DNA from: Ginkgo biloba
Lineage: Eukaryota > Plantae > Ginkgophyta
Direction of reading: 5' to 3'
Assembly: GCA_024626585.2 (NCBI GenBank)
Contig: JANKJI020000002.1
Coordinates: 266,404,485 to 266,430,790, forward strand
Length of the DNA: 26,306 bases
Position numbers and translations under genes: made by a program. Positions 1 through 12,110 of this stretch are shown here, in pieces. Position 1 is the first letter of the stretch. Each line of letters opens with the position of its first letter. The notes under the pieces were generated by a model. The model made no database searches, was not told the origin of the DNA, and saw only the letters and a program-made list of their open reading frames with translations.

Positions 1-451
1 TAATAAATCTCACATTCTCTAATCATAATGCTTTTACAAAAATCACATTGTTCTTGAAAAAACACTACCACATCTATTCTCTACTTACTCATTTTTATTG
101 AAATTGTATAATCGTGGTTTAAAGTAAAATTACAAATCATAGTTTAAAGCAAAATTATGCTCCTAAAGCTTGGCTCAACATATGTGAAGATACACATACT
201 CAAACTTTATTGGTGGTATGTATGTTACCAACCATAATGATGTAAGAGGTTATGAATTTACTTGAACATGCTTAAATAAAAAATAAATTCTTAATCAAAC
301 ATTATTAAAACACCTTGATATATTAAATTAGACATAATGGGAATGACAAGTTTCATTCCAAGCATAATTGCACTTGATTAAGTATTAAGATGCTTGATCA
401 AACCAAGTAGTTGACAAAGCTATCATTGGAATGATCCAACATACTTGTGAA
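1..451 (-). repeat. Partial copy of Tat-family LTR-like repeat, running off the window start
   Basis: 11-197 aligns with 1012-1203 (e.g. ataatgcttttacaaaa...tactcattttta...tttaaagtaa...catagtttaaag...gaagatacacat). It ends in gatccaaca, similar to gatccaaaca at 4027-4036. The right boundary is tentative. Confidence 0.55.
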
Positions 452-693
452 ATCCAAATAATATCACATTCTTATCTAAGCCTCTACTTAGTGTTTCTCC
501 ATCACATATGAACATTCTTCCCTTTTTACTCTTCTTTAATTCTATTATGTATTGTAATAACTTCCTTTATAACTGCATACTAATTGAATATATTTCTTAT
601 AAAATAATATTTATCAATGGCATACACTTAGTCTCTAACATTCTAAATATATTATGGTTCACCATTCATTTATACTTATTTATGATACATTCT

Positions 694-1203
694 TGTTGAT
701 CATATTTTGTGTACCCTAGGAGCTCTAAAGTTTTGATCGAATGCCCAAGGTGAGGATAACACAAAATCGGTACAGACATAGGATTTGAACTCCCCTCTTT
801 ATTTTTAGGGGTGGATCCCTTAGTTATTTACAAATATATAAAAGGTGAAAAGTATTGGAAAATATTCACAAGAGTATATACATTATACATGAAAACCAAT
901 GTTGTTTGCATAAGCAATTAAAAATGCAAGAATAGAATAAAATAATCCTCTACTTGTCTCAGATAATGGATCAAGGTTTGAAGTTGGTGAGGAAAAGGAA
1001 GAATAACATAACACATTGTACTCCTCATCTATAATGCTTTTACAAAATTAGAATGTTATTTAAAAAATACTACCATGTCTATTCTCTAGCTACTCATTTT
1101 TAGTGGAATTGTATAACCTTAGTTTAAAGTAAGATTATAAAGCATAGTTTAAAGAAAAATTATGCTCGTAAGGCTTGGTTCTACATATTTGAAGATACAC
1201 ATG
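694..1203 (-). repeat. LTR remnant, Tat-type family; LTR 3' end (..TCAACA on minus) at 694, cut by a gap
   Basis: TGTTGATCATATTTTGTGTA at 694 matches TGTTGACCATATTTTATGTA at 3040. Homology with the 3040 copy continues to ~1005 (aaggtgagga, cccct..agggg, ttatttacaaatatataa, gtgaggaaaag). Confidence 0.7.
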
Positions 1204-1303
1204 NNNNNNNNNNNNNNNNNNNNNNNNNNNNNNNNNNNNNNNNNNNNNNNNNNNNNNNNNNNNNNNNNNNNNNNNNNNNNNNNNNNNNNNNNNNNNNNNN
1301 NNN

Positions 1304-2900
1304 TGAAAACCTTCAACCATGGTTCTTTAGAGCTTTGCCTCATTCCTTTAGAGAGACATAATGGAGGGTTGCAAGTGCATTGATAAGCCCAATATTTTAA
1401 TGTTTGAATTAGAAATTCTTCAAACTATATTTTATTCACTTTTAGGTCTCCAACACTTCAGAAAGTCCTATAAAAAGGGTGGAGCACTTCATTTGATCCC
1501 TAAGCATTGAAATCCTAAAATGTCATAAACTATTTTATCCTTATTTTTGGGTATGTAGACTCTGAGACTTTTAAAAAGGAATGTATTCACTTTTTCCTTT
1601 AAAAATTCTAATATTCCAACTCCTAAAAAGAACTTTATTTTGACTTCATGCCACTCTGGAATATTTGAAAAGGTGTTGGGCGTAGTCACTAGATTCACAT
1701 GAATGTTTTATTTGCATTTCCATCCACTCCAATGGACTTTTCTTAGCTTTAACTATCATCTTCCAAGTTCCATATTCTTCTATCTAAATTTACTGATATC
1801 CATATTTGAGATTCAACTTGGAAAGTATTTTTGGATGCTAATCAACTAAATTGAAGTTCTTTCAATAATATAATGACTCTTTCCAAGAGTGATTCTTTTC
1901 CACTCTTTCCATATAATGGTGATGAGGATACATTTGTAGGATACTCCTTCCTACTTTCTTATTCCTTAGAGAGCTTCATGTTTCCTCTTTCACTGCTACC
2001 TTTTGGCGTGTAGGTGCATTTGCTACTTCTTCCCCCTTATTCTCAGTTTCCATATCCTTTCTTAGAGTGTCTTTTCTAATTATTGGGGTGAAGATGAGGA
2101 TATAGTTTCCAAAACTACTCCTTATTATAGAAGCTCTTATGGTATTTATCACACTAAGGATTCTCTTATTTCATTTGAGACAATTTATTCTTTCTCAACT
2201 TACTATCCCCTTCTTTTATTGCATCTTTTCTTCGCTCTACTTTACCCACACCAACTATAGGTTTTCTTCCATGCTTTGTTTTGACATACATGGATATATT
2301 ATATTCCTCATTAAGGATCTTAACTTCAAATAGAGTGACTCCCTCCTTAATATGGTTGTGCATCCTGTTGATGTATTTCATCATCATCTTGTTGTTGGCT
2401 TGGATAATGTTCATCTACAACCATTATCAATAAAATTCAGTACTAGTGTGATCTTGTACTCCTTCTTCTCATAAATATAGTAGGTGGATCCATCAAAACC
2501 TCTCATCTATTAGTCCCTTCTTCTAGTTTTCCTTACTATATTTCTCTCATCGGCTTATAGAGGGGAACCTGAGTTATAGAGTGGTGATATGCCTCCTCTA
2601 TCAACATCTATATTACCATTAACAATGGAAAACTTATTGCTACACTCCTCCAACTTTGTCAAAGTGTTAGTTAAATTCCTTATCTTGGCATCTGTCAGGA
2701 ACTTATCTTATTTATTAGAATTTGTCTCACTCATTAGTGGCACCTTAAATTCTTCTTGGGTCTTCACAGAGGTAATTTTAGAAAGCATTCCTCCTTGAAT
2801 TACATTGGAGCATTCTCCAATATCTTCAACATTGCCGACATATCCTAGACATTCTTGTCAGGGCCTAACTCCTACCTAAATAGGATTATTCATGCCTTAG
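1304..2900 (-). pseudogene. Degraded unidentified ORF, probably retrotransposon-internal
   Basis: The minus strand reads as long, stop-poor, K/E-rich peptides (GYVGNVEDIGECSNVIQGG..., HIKEGVTLFEVKILNEEY..., NIPEWHEVKIKFFLG...). I recognise no domain. Confidence 0.4.
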
Positions 2901-3039
2901 CCATCCTCTCCAAGTTTTTATTGACCAATAAATAGTTCCACTCTTATATGATAAGTTAATATAAATATAAAATCACATTAGAAACACTACGCTCATAACA
3001 AAGGAGCACTAGTGACTTAAAAAAGTGACAAAGGAAGAC

Positions 3040-4036
3040 TGTTGACCATATTTTATGTATCTTAATAAAATAAATATATGACCATAGAACCAAAGGTGAG
3101 GAAGACATAAAATTAGGAAGACATGAGAGTGAAAATCCCTCCCCTATTATTAGGGGAGGTTGCCTAAATTATTTACAAATATATAAGAAAGAAAATACAA
3201 ATTATATTTATAAAAATATCCACATTGTACATAGATACTATGACAAGATGGATATAATTAAAAAACTAGCAATGACAAAAATAGAGAGAAATATTAAAAT
3301 AATTCATTGTCGAGTGAGGCAATGAAGCAAGGTGGATTATTAGTGAGGAAAAGAGAAGAAATAAAATCCTAAAGGAGGTCCTTTAGGTTTTTAATGATAG
3401 GCTTTCAAAGCAACTTGAAATCTCAAGGACCAAAAATGCTAGATCCTTTATTCAAATAAAATTCTTAACTAGTTGCCTCTGTATTCCTCCAACAAAACTC
3501 AAAATAAAATCAATGAAAAAATTGAGTATTATAGATTTATATTTTTATATACATCGCTCCAATAGTGCTCGAAGTAAATTCCATCTAACTATCTAAAATA
3601 AATAATACAAATTTTAAAACCTTTTAAATCAATTCCTCATGATATAGACAAGGAAAACATAGAACATAAAACTGGCATAATTTAATCTCGTAATTCAGGT
3701 ATGATTCTTAAATACATGCTAACAATGATCGAAACTAATATTGAAAATAAAACCCAACATACATATAGTAATTATTTTTACTAACAATCACCAACAGTGC
3801 TTGATGCTTTAGAGAAAATTTAGTTCATAAATCACAACACATAACATGCTAGAAATGCTTGATCACATCAATATTTTGAATATGAACACATGAATTTCTC
3901 ATTCAAAATTTATTTATATTACAAGTACAAGATCTTATTCAACATATAAAAGTATTAAACATTTTTCCTGAACGATCACATAGTATTCTACATAATGATC
4001 AAGATGACCCAGTAGGGTATATGAAAGATCCAAACA
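3040..4036 (-). repeat. LTR (possibly solo) of Tat-type family, ~1 kb
   Basis: Starts TGTTG at 3040 and has a candidate end AAACA at 4036. Homologous to 694-1005 and 13806-14300, and reverse-complement homologous to 22299-23342 (atttaggcaacctcccctaataatag vs atttaggtaatctccccttataatag). No convincing TSD. Confidence 0.65.
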
Positions 4037-4154
4037 TAAGAAATGTTTCAAAACTCTATAAGAAAATAATAATGAAATTATAAACATGACACATATAAGG
4101 AAAATAAATAGATGAAAAAAGATGAGTATTTTCTCACCAAGGGTAAGAGGTTGC

Positions 4155-4177
4155 TATATATATATATATATATATAT
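4155..4177. repeat. (TA)11 microsatellite
   Basis: Directly visible perfect TA run. Confidence 0.95.
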
Positions 4178-5084
4178 TATTTCTTTTAATTTATGGATGG
4201 ATCTTTGAAAGTGTTCTTTAATACAAATGGCTATTTTTTGTTAATAAAGCACAATTTATATAATATGGAATTTATAGGTGGATTTAAAATGACATCAAAG
4301 ATAATTTATTTATAGTATTTAACTATCAAACTATAACATAATATTTATGTGGTATCCATTACTCAGTATAGTCAATATAGATTGATTCCCAATAATTGTT
4401 GTAGGATGCAAAACCTTGATCCTATGCATTATGGTGCACGACAAACCATAGTAATAAGATAATATCTATCAAAATTATATTTTGTATTATCACTCTAAAT
4501 ATAGAGGTGAAAAAATCATAATATAGAGGAATACCTAGAGAAAAAAATTAAAATATAAAGAAAAGTCTTAAGAAGAAATGTAAAACATTAAAAGTAAATA
4601 ATACTATTATCTAGATGAGAAAATCAAGGAAGGTAAACATTCAAGTAGATAAGTTGATGCAATATGCATGAAGTGAANNNNNNNNNNNNNNNNNNNNNNN
4701 NNNNNNNNNNNNNNNNNNNNNNNNNNNNNNNNNNNNNNNNNNNNNNNNNNNNNNNNNNNNNNNNNNNNNNNNNNNNNTTCTTAAGAAGCTAGAAGAATAT
4801 CTTTGGAGCTTTGGATTTTATCTTGAAATCTTTTAGAAGCACCAGAGACCTGCACACAAACAAAATCAAGTGGCTATTTTATTAGATACGATAAAATAAT
4901 TACATCATAGGTGCTAAGAAGCGCGATTATTGCTTTATTTGACGTATTCTATCCAAAAATGATATTGAGAGTCATAGGTGATCTCTCGTTACATATATTT
5001 GACCTATGAAGACCCCCAATTTGTGTTACAATCTGTCTACTCAACTTGCTTTATTNNNNNNNNNNNNNGTTATAACATACACTT

Positions 5085-6175
5085 TTTCCTCCACTACCCT
5101 TATTGGGTATTTTATGGGGATACCTATGTTTGAACTTCTTCATCGATAATGGATTCAAGAAGCCTAGGAGACTCATGATTAGAAGGTTATTTTTTTCTAT
5201 TATGTCACCAAAGGGTTCTTCTCCTTTACCTTTAATTCTATAGAGTCTATAAACCATGTTCTCCTTCTTGGGCCTTGGATGTGAAAATATAACNNNNNNN
5301 NNNNNNNNNNNNNNNNTGGGTGGTTGATTTTTTTGTTAAAAATTAAATGTCATATGCATGTCCTATTTGGGTCACATTTCCTTGACTCCCTCAATTATTA
5401 GGGACATTGTTTCTCCCATTGAAAAATTTATTTTCCATCAGCCTTATAGGATGTATAACCCCCATCCTCATAATAAAGTATGTGTTCAAGTAGATCTTTC
5501 CAAAAATTTGCCTTCATAGGTCATCTTGTCCTTTAGAAATGGTAGACAATTGCATCATCCTTTTAAATACCTGAACATTCCCAACACCTTCTTTCATTGC
5601 CAAAGCTCTCAATATATGATCAAGGATTTTTCCCTGTTGGCCAATTCTAGGTTACAAACCCCAAATGCTACTCTGGTGATTGAATCTACTAAAAATAAGA
5701 GTAATAATAGAACTAAAACCTCCTTGGATGTCTATAAAGAGGATGGTTGGAAAGTAGTTAAATATAAGGGAAAGGCCCCTGCTATCAAATCTAGTATGCC
5801 TACAAGTCAACCAAGTCAAATGACTAAGTTAGAGAATAATGTTTTCCCAAGGTACAACTGTCAAAAGTGTCAGGGACATTATAGGTTGGTCTAGTGACAA
5901 AAAATGATTCTATTAGGGAGAAGCATATTCTAAAACCTTAGATAGAAACTAGAATCTATCACATATATCCTCTGCCATATTTGGAAGGTCAAATGGTGCT
6001 TCTTTATCAAGTTGTTAAAGGGGAAAGTGTAAGGAATACCTTGGAGCAATACTATACCATTTACAAGAATATGCAAAAGTTTGTTGAAACCTTGGAGAAT
6101 CTATACCAGGTGTTGGCCAACCTAGGGGAGAATGAGAAAGGGACCATGGAGTGTGAATTTCCCTCCCATTCTTAA
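5085..6175 (+). pseudogene. L1 ORF1 (DUF4283 plus zinc knuckle) remnant
   Basis: TTLIGYFMG, GFFSFTFNSIESINHVLLLGPW, CPIWVTFP*LP, KVCVQVDLSKNLPS, YLNIPNTFFHCQSSQYMIKDF (decayed CX2CX4HX4C), DGWKVVKYK. Confidence 0.85.
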
Positions 6176-6179
6176 ATGA

Positions 6180-6910
6180 TTATGTGCATTAGCTAGAATG
6201 TACATGGGATTTCATACTTATGCATAAAAGGCTACATCAAGAGCTTATGTTTTGAGAATAGAGATATCTCAATCCTCTATCTTCAAGAGGTTAAGGTGGT
6301 GGGGTTCAAACTCCACACCATCCTTAATTTTATTTGGCCTAAAGGACTTACTTTCTTGTCCAGTCATCAAGAAGGAAAAGTTAGGGTGGCCACTATCCTT
6401 TCCCTATATCTTAAGAAAAATATTCTTGCCTAGGGTTGTAACCCTAATAATAGATCCCTATGGATTATTCGTAATGTCAAAGGTCACACCTTGGGCATTA
6501 AAAATATCTATGCTTATAATTTTTATGCTAAGAGAACCCAACTATGACAATTACTTCTAGATGATCTCCCTATTGCCTCATGGGTCCTTTATGGGGATTT
6601 CAATATGATAGAAGACCAAGATGACCATATCAAAGGGAATGGACTGGAATGGAACATCTCTCAAAAGGAAGCTTGAATTACTCTAAAGCCTAATGGGGGT
6701 TGTGTGACTCCAATTGGGCATGCTTCACCTAGGCTATTGGTACCTAATTCACCTGGTCTAATTTTAGACCAAAAAATAAATGGATCCTCAAACACCTTGA
6801 TACGGTCATGGTTTCCAATGATAATAATCTTAGAGTTTAGCATAAGGAAGGGTGATCAATGAATGTACTTGGGCACACTACAATCTCTAACTACTCTCTC
6901 ATTACTTTAA
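6180..6910 (+). pseudogene. L1 ORF2 AP-type endonuclease domain remnant
   Basis: MCIS*NVHG (SWNVRG), LYLQEVK, NIYAYN, WVLYGDFNMIE, FTWSNFR, HLDTVMVS (RLDR), ISNYSLI (SDH.P). Confidence 0.9.
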
Positions 6911-7279
6911 ATGTTAACTAGGGAGAACATAAACTCCCTACTAGAGGCTCCATTTTTAGATTGAATATCTTCCATCTTGAGCTCAGAGCTTGCACTATTA
7001 AAATTTGAAATGTATTTTTTCTATTACCCCCTTCGATTAGAGATTGTGGTTGGATTTACTAGATGAACCAAGTATTTGCAAGGGTCACCCACTTTCTGAT
7101 AGGATTTGGTAAGAAAATAACTTATATCAGAAAGAAGGNNNNNNNNNNNNNNNNNNNNNNNNNNNNNNNNNNNNNNNNGTTAGGAGTCAATTGGAATCCT
7201 CTCCTTTGATAGTAGGCTTCAAACTAGGGAAGCCAATCTTTCCTAAGAGATAAAGCTTGTTGAGATTAGAAAGTCCAAA

Positions 7280-7818
7280 GGAGCCCAAGTTAGATCAGAA
7301 TTGCACTGGCTTAATGTTAGGGATAGGTCCTCTAAGTAATTTTTTTATTTTCTTAGAAAAAAGTAATCCTCATAGAAAATTCATTGCCTCAAGATAGAGC
7401 AAGGAAAAATCACCTTGCTAAAGAAAATTGTAGCAACCTTTTAGGGGCACTATGCTATAATTTTCAAAACCCAAAGAACCACTAACAAAGGGAGGGAAGA
7501 TATGGAGGAGTGTTAAAGGGTGGTTCCTAGAAAAGTTAACCCTATACATAAAGCTCTCTATAAATCCAATATCACTATTAAGGAGCTAAAGGTTTCCTTG
7601 GATGGCATAGCTAATGAGAAATTATGAGGGCTATATGGGATTGCTTGTTAATTGTATAAATCCACTTGGGACTTCATTGGTACTCCTCTCCTCAATGTAT
7701 ATAAGGAATCCATAACTTAAGGATCCATTGGTGAGGTTATTAATAGAGGGAACATCCATTTTATTCGTAAGGTAGGGGATCCTAAGGTAATGTTAAGCTA
7801 AAGACCCATCACTCTGTG
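7280..7818 (+). pseudogene. L1 ORF2 linker and N-terminus of reverse transcriptase
   Basis: VRSELHWLNVRDRSSK*FF, EKL*GLYG...LYKSTWDFIG (KSPG.DG..FYK..W), INRGNIHFIRKVGD..S*RPITL. No YADD region follows. Confidence 0.85.
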
Positions 7819-8800
7819 CAAGTTATTGGATCCTCAATGTTTAAGCCCATCTAAAGGGCTTGGGAGTCATGCAAGAACTTGCTTATTTGGAGAGGAGAGG
7901 ATCCCAAAAGAGGACTATTTATTATTGATAAGTCTATATGTGTTCCCCTTTAATTCATCATGAGGAAGCATTCTTAGGATACTCTCCCTAGTTTACTACC
8001 AAAAGGCTTGATAAGAGAGGAATTTAAAGTGTCAAGCACCTATATGATTTTTAGGTGAGAAAAAAGAAATCCTAGAGTAATATTCAAGAGGAATTCAATC
8101 TTGTGCATAATGATATGTATGTGATTGAAAAAATACTTACCTTACTACCTAACCATTTTAAACTAAGGATGCTTTCTTAACCACCTCTGCAATGGTAGAA
8201 AGATTAGGTTTGGAAATTTTCTAAACTTCTTCTGAAAGGGAAAGTTGGGCATATACACTAGTGCATGGAACCTCAAGGCCTATTAATAAACTAATTGAAT
8301 AGGAAGTGGAAAATTAACAACTTAGCCTTCAAATGGTGTAAGCTCTTTGAACTGCTATAAAAATATCTCTTAGAGCCCAAAAAATATTTTTTGTCTTGGT
8401 CTATGTTGCGTCATGGTCTGGACATAAAAGATTGTCTCTCTAGGATGGGAATGGAAAATGCCAATTGATCGCTCTATGACCAATCTAAGTTTATAAAACA
8501 CATTTTTTGGTTATGTCCATGGGATAAACCCTTATCTCACTAGATCCACAAGTTCACTGCTAAGATACTATCAAATATTTTAATTGGGGGTCATCCCTTC
8601 TGGGTGATACCTCTCCTTAGTCTATTACCTTTAAAGTAGGATGGAAAGTTCTTTAGGTGGAGGTATTATCCCAAATTTAGAAAATGAGAAATAAGGATGT
8701 TTTTAATGTTAATTCGACCAATTATATTTCTAAACATATTATATCTTGTATCCTTTCCAATTGTGTTATGTAGATCAAAGTCCAGGTAGAGAAGGTTTAG
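7819..8800 (+). pseudogene. L1 ORF2 C-terminal region including zf-RVT-like zinc finger
   Basis: GSSMFKPI*RAWE, LL*KYLLEPKKYFLSWSMLRHGL, SKFIKHIFWLCPW (decayed CCHC finger). Confidence 0.75.
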
Positions 8801-10759
8801 GTGGAGTTGTAGAACCTTCTATATCTCATTGATCATTGGGGGTTTTCATCATGCACTACTAGTCATGTTCCCCCTGAGACTTCCCCTCCCCATCATAGGG
8901 ATCATAATTGCAGTAGGAATCAAGGATCCTAGAGATTGTATAACGTGCATTCTAGGATGGATAGTATTGTGAACTCCCCTCTACCTTCCCACTCTGGAGG
9001 GGAAATTGGGAGTGTTTGGAAAGTTATTACCACTCTCCANNNNNNNNNNNNNNNNNNNNNNNNNNNNNNNNNNNNNNNNNNNNNNNNNNNNNNNNNNNNN
9101 NNNNNNNNNNNNNNNNNNNNNNNNNNNNNNNNNNNNNNNNNNNNNNNNNNNGATCCCCTTGAATGGATGATATCTGTAATTATTAAATTATTATAATTTC
9201 TTATGGTGATCATAGTGAAATGCACCCATTTTGATGTAGACTTGGAATGTAGGAGTGGGTAAGATTTTTTTTTTTATTTCCCTTTTTATTGTATGATGGT
9301 ATCCTTCCCATCTTGTGAATAGAAGAAAATATTAATATTTACAACGAAAGAAAATAATGGATTTTGGTCTGCATACTCATGAAATCACCAAAATTATTTC
9401 CCTCATATATCAATTCTATAGTCATTGAATTCTTTGGTATCTTGACATAGGTGTAATATGTCATTACATGTAAGAAAAACCCCTTAAAGGATGATAATTA
9501 TAGTGAAATTGACGATGCTAAGCACTTCTAGAACATAAACATTTATATATAAAGCCAAGAAAATGAGCGTAAAAAGAATGAAAATGAAGGGTGAAACTTA
9601 GAAATTATCTTTGAGAAAGAGATATTTACTATGAGAAAGGCCCAAAATAATTTCTTATTCAAGAATGTTTATATTAGATTGTCTACATGGTTGTTTATAT
9701 TGCATGGGAGTTATGGGAAATAACTATGGAGGAGGGCGTGGTTGGGATACAAATAACATCCTTCATCGATGCATGATCAACATCACTTTATCCCTATAAT
9801 GGAACTAAGGATGATGAATCCTTTCTTTATAATGTTTGATTATGCATGTATTATCTATGGTAATGGAATCAGTGGTAAGGTAATGAAGATGGAATGGGAG
9901 AAATTAGAAAGAATAACACATGACAAGAGGTCTGATGATGGAATGCACTTTATTTCTCATAACTAATTTCATGACATTAAGGCCTCACATAATTTTGTTT
10001 GAAATTTGTAATTGATTTTAATTAGCTATGAGAAGAATTATGTAAAACCTCTTCTCCCAAAATATATATTCTAACATGTAATGGTCTTGGCAAAGGTTAG
10101 AATAATTAGAGGGAAAACCAACGAAGGAAAAATCCATATCATTTGGATTACATTAATTATTGAGTGAGATTAGGTGAGGGTATAAAATAAAAATACCAAC
10201 GTATCCAATCTTCACTTGACCAGGATTCAACTTTTATTCATCAGATCCTATGATTCTTGTTGGTTTAACTTTCCACTAAAGATGAATCTGGTACAGTAAA
10301 TTATTATCTTTTGTTCATCTCTAGTTATCCTTATGATTTTAGACTAATTCAAGTCATAACATGATGGAAAATAACTCCATCCACCATGCAGAATCTCATT
10401 AATAGAAAATATAATGGGATGGATAACAAGAAACTTGATAGTATGATATAAAAATTTGAATAATGGATGACCTAGAAATCAACTGAAACCATCCATAATT
10501 ATAACTAGTTTTGATATTATATTCATCCATTGATCTAGGAGATATTTCCTATGTTATATATAAATAATTATATAAAATTCCTTGATTGTAATCCACTTTT
10601 ATGAATGCAACAAATATTTTTACATTATATACAATGATTTAAGAGTTTTTTTAAAATTTTTGAGAAAACATGAGAACATAAATATTATTATATATATCCA
10701 CATAATATATAATATATCTATATTTCATGGATCAATTTTTTTTCTCTCAGGATTGATAT

Positions 10760-11210
10760 GTGCTTATTCCTTTGGCATCCTGTATCTTAGCCATTTTTTC
10801 CTGGTATGCACTTTACCACTATGAATTATCCTTAATCTTTCCTTAGGATCAATGTCAACTCGAAGAGACTTTTGTGTGGTTCATTTAGATAACCCTTCTA
10901 ATTTCAAAACTACATAAGGTACATCATTAGGATTGAACAAGTATTCTAAATTTACAAATCCCTTTGGTATTTTGTTCGTTCCTAGTTCAGTAACCCCTTC
11001 ATCATATGTGGATTGGTTCACTAAGTGACTACCTTGGAACTCTTGATCTTCCATGCAATTGCCTTTGTACTAATATTCTTCCCATAAGAATCTAAATATT
11101 TGATTCTCTTATTCAAACACCTAGCGATGCTCTTCATTATTGGGAACTGAAGGCTTGGTAATAATTTGAGTAATACATATCCCATGAGACAATGAAGGAT
11201 AAAAATAAAG
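10760..11210 (-). pseudogene. aRH-to-RT linker of Tat polyprotein
   Basis: KPSVPNNEEHR*VFE*ENQIFRFL and TELGTNKIPKGFVNLEYLFNPNDV, then VDIDPKERLRIIHSGK. This resembles the pre-RT segment of such elements. Confidence 0.7.
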
Positions 11211-11214
11211 AAGC

Positions 11215-11580
11215 AAATACAACTAGCAGATTTATGCATTGATTTTATTTTCTTGAAATAATAATTATTGAGAAGGCATAAAAGTGTCTACTTAGCTACC
11301 ACACTTGACCTTTGTACTACTTGAGTCAATTATTCTTGACACCATAAAAAACCTTGGACTTGATTTATAAACATATCAGAGTCTCCACATGCTTTAATTC
11401 TTATAACTTTGAAGTTGGAAACCCATATTAGTCCATGTTCCAAAACCTCATACTTTGGTTTATGATTGTTACAATCAAAATCCAGTCGACATGGAAAAGA
11501 TAGAACCTTTCTAAGAGGTAATTCAAAAATGGTTCCCACTCTATCCCCTAACTTCAATTCAACTCCATCAAAATGCATAT
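11215..11580 (-). pseudogene. Archaeal-type RNase H (aRH) domain
   Basis: MHFDG...RLDFDCNNHKPKYEVLEHGL...GDSDMFINQVQG...VKNN*LK*YK..VW...ISRK*NQCINLL, matching FDG / CTNN.AEYEAL / GDS.LV..QV / R..N..AD.LA. Confidence 0.9.
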
Positions 11581-11769
11581 TCTATATGCCATTATCACAT
11601 TCTTCTTGTATCTCCTTGTATATTTTTCCTTCATTAGGTTCCAAAGTTATGAGCATGGTATACATACATAGATTGATTCCTATGAAAGAAGTTCTATTAT
11701 TTATGTTATCTATATTCTTGAAATAAAAGTTTTTCCTCATCTCTCTCTCAACTTGAATTAACTTGTATT

Positions 11770-12110
11770 TATGGGAAATCATCATAAATGATTTTCCCAT
11801 GATTATAAAACCACCAAGAGAGGTTTTTGAATCCCTTTTAAACATGGTGTATGCCTATGGGACATCCACTACCAATATGTTCATAACTTCACTCAATTGT
11901 ATGGTTGAATATATATAGATGAAAATATCTATGAAATTGCCAATTGTCTTCACAGTTCTAGAATCCATAGCTAGAATAGACTCAAAGGACGTAGTGCATT
12001 TTAAACCCAAATTATTCATAATACCATAAGGAATTATATTATGTGTAGTTCTTGTATCAACCATGTAGTTATATAGGATATAGTAATGTATCCTTAATGA
12101 TACATAAAAT
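11770..12110 (-). pseudogene. Retroviral-type aspartic protease
   Basis: FYVSLRI..ILYNYMVDTRTTHNIIPYGIMNNLGL...AMDSRTVKTIG...MNILVVDVP*AYTMFKRD..TSLGG (decayed D-T/S-G catalytic motif). Confidence 0.88.

Larger units (their letters stand above)
5069..9357 (+). mobile_element. L1-clade LINE retrotransposon, degraded, internally deleted
   Basis: ORF1 and ORF2 motifs occur in canonical order, followed by a T-rich 3' UTR (9265-9290) and an A-rich tail relic (~9320-9357). Confidence 0.9.

Noticed and set aside
452-693. TRIM-like mini-element between the two LTR-like copies
   Set aside because: Only a 6-nt GTATCA PBS-like core is present, and there is no polypurine tract.
3035-4041. Target-site duplication for the putative solo LTR
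   Set aside because: The flanks AAGAC and TAAGA match only out of register, so solo status is unconfirmed.
4395-5050. Possible further LTR starting TGTTGTAGGATGC
   Set aside because: No partner copy, PBS, PPT or TSD in the window, and it is interrupted by a gap.
5840-5885. CQKCQGH as a second zinc knuckle in L1 ORF1
   Set aside because: The spacing does not fit CX2CX4HX4C and the final Cys is absent. The canonical knuckle position is at ~5565-5630.
9360-10750. Possible host gene or exon fragments (ORFs 9769-9966 and 10582-10824)
   Set aside because: Short, compositionally biased peptides with no recognisable motif or splice pattern. The region is left unannotated.
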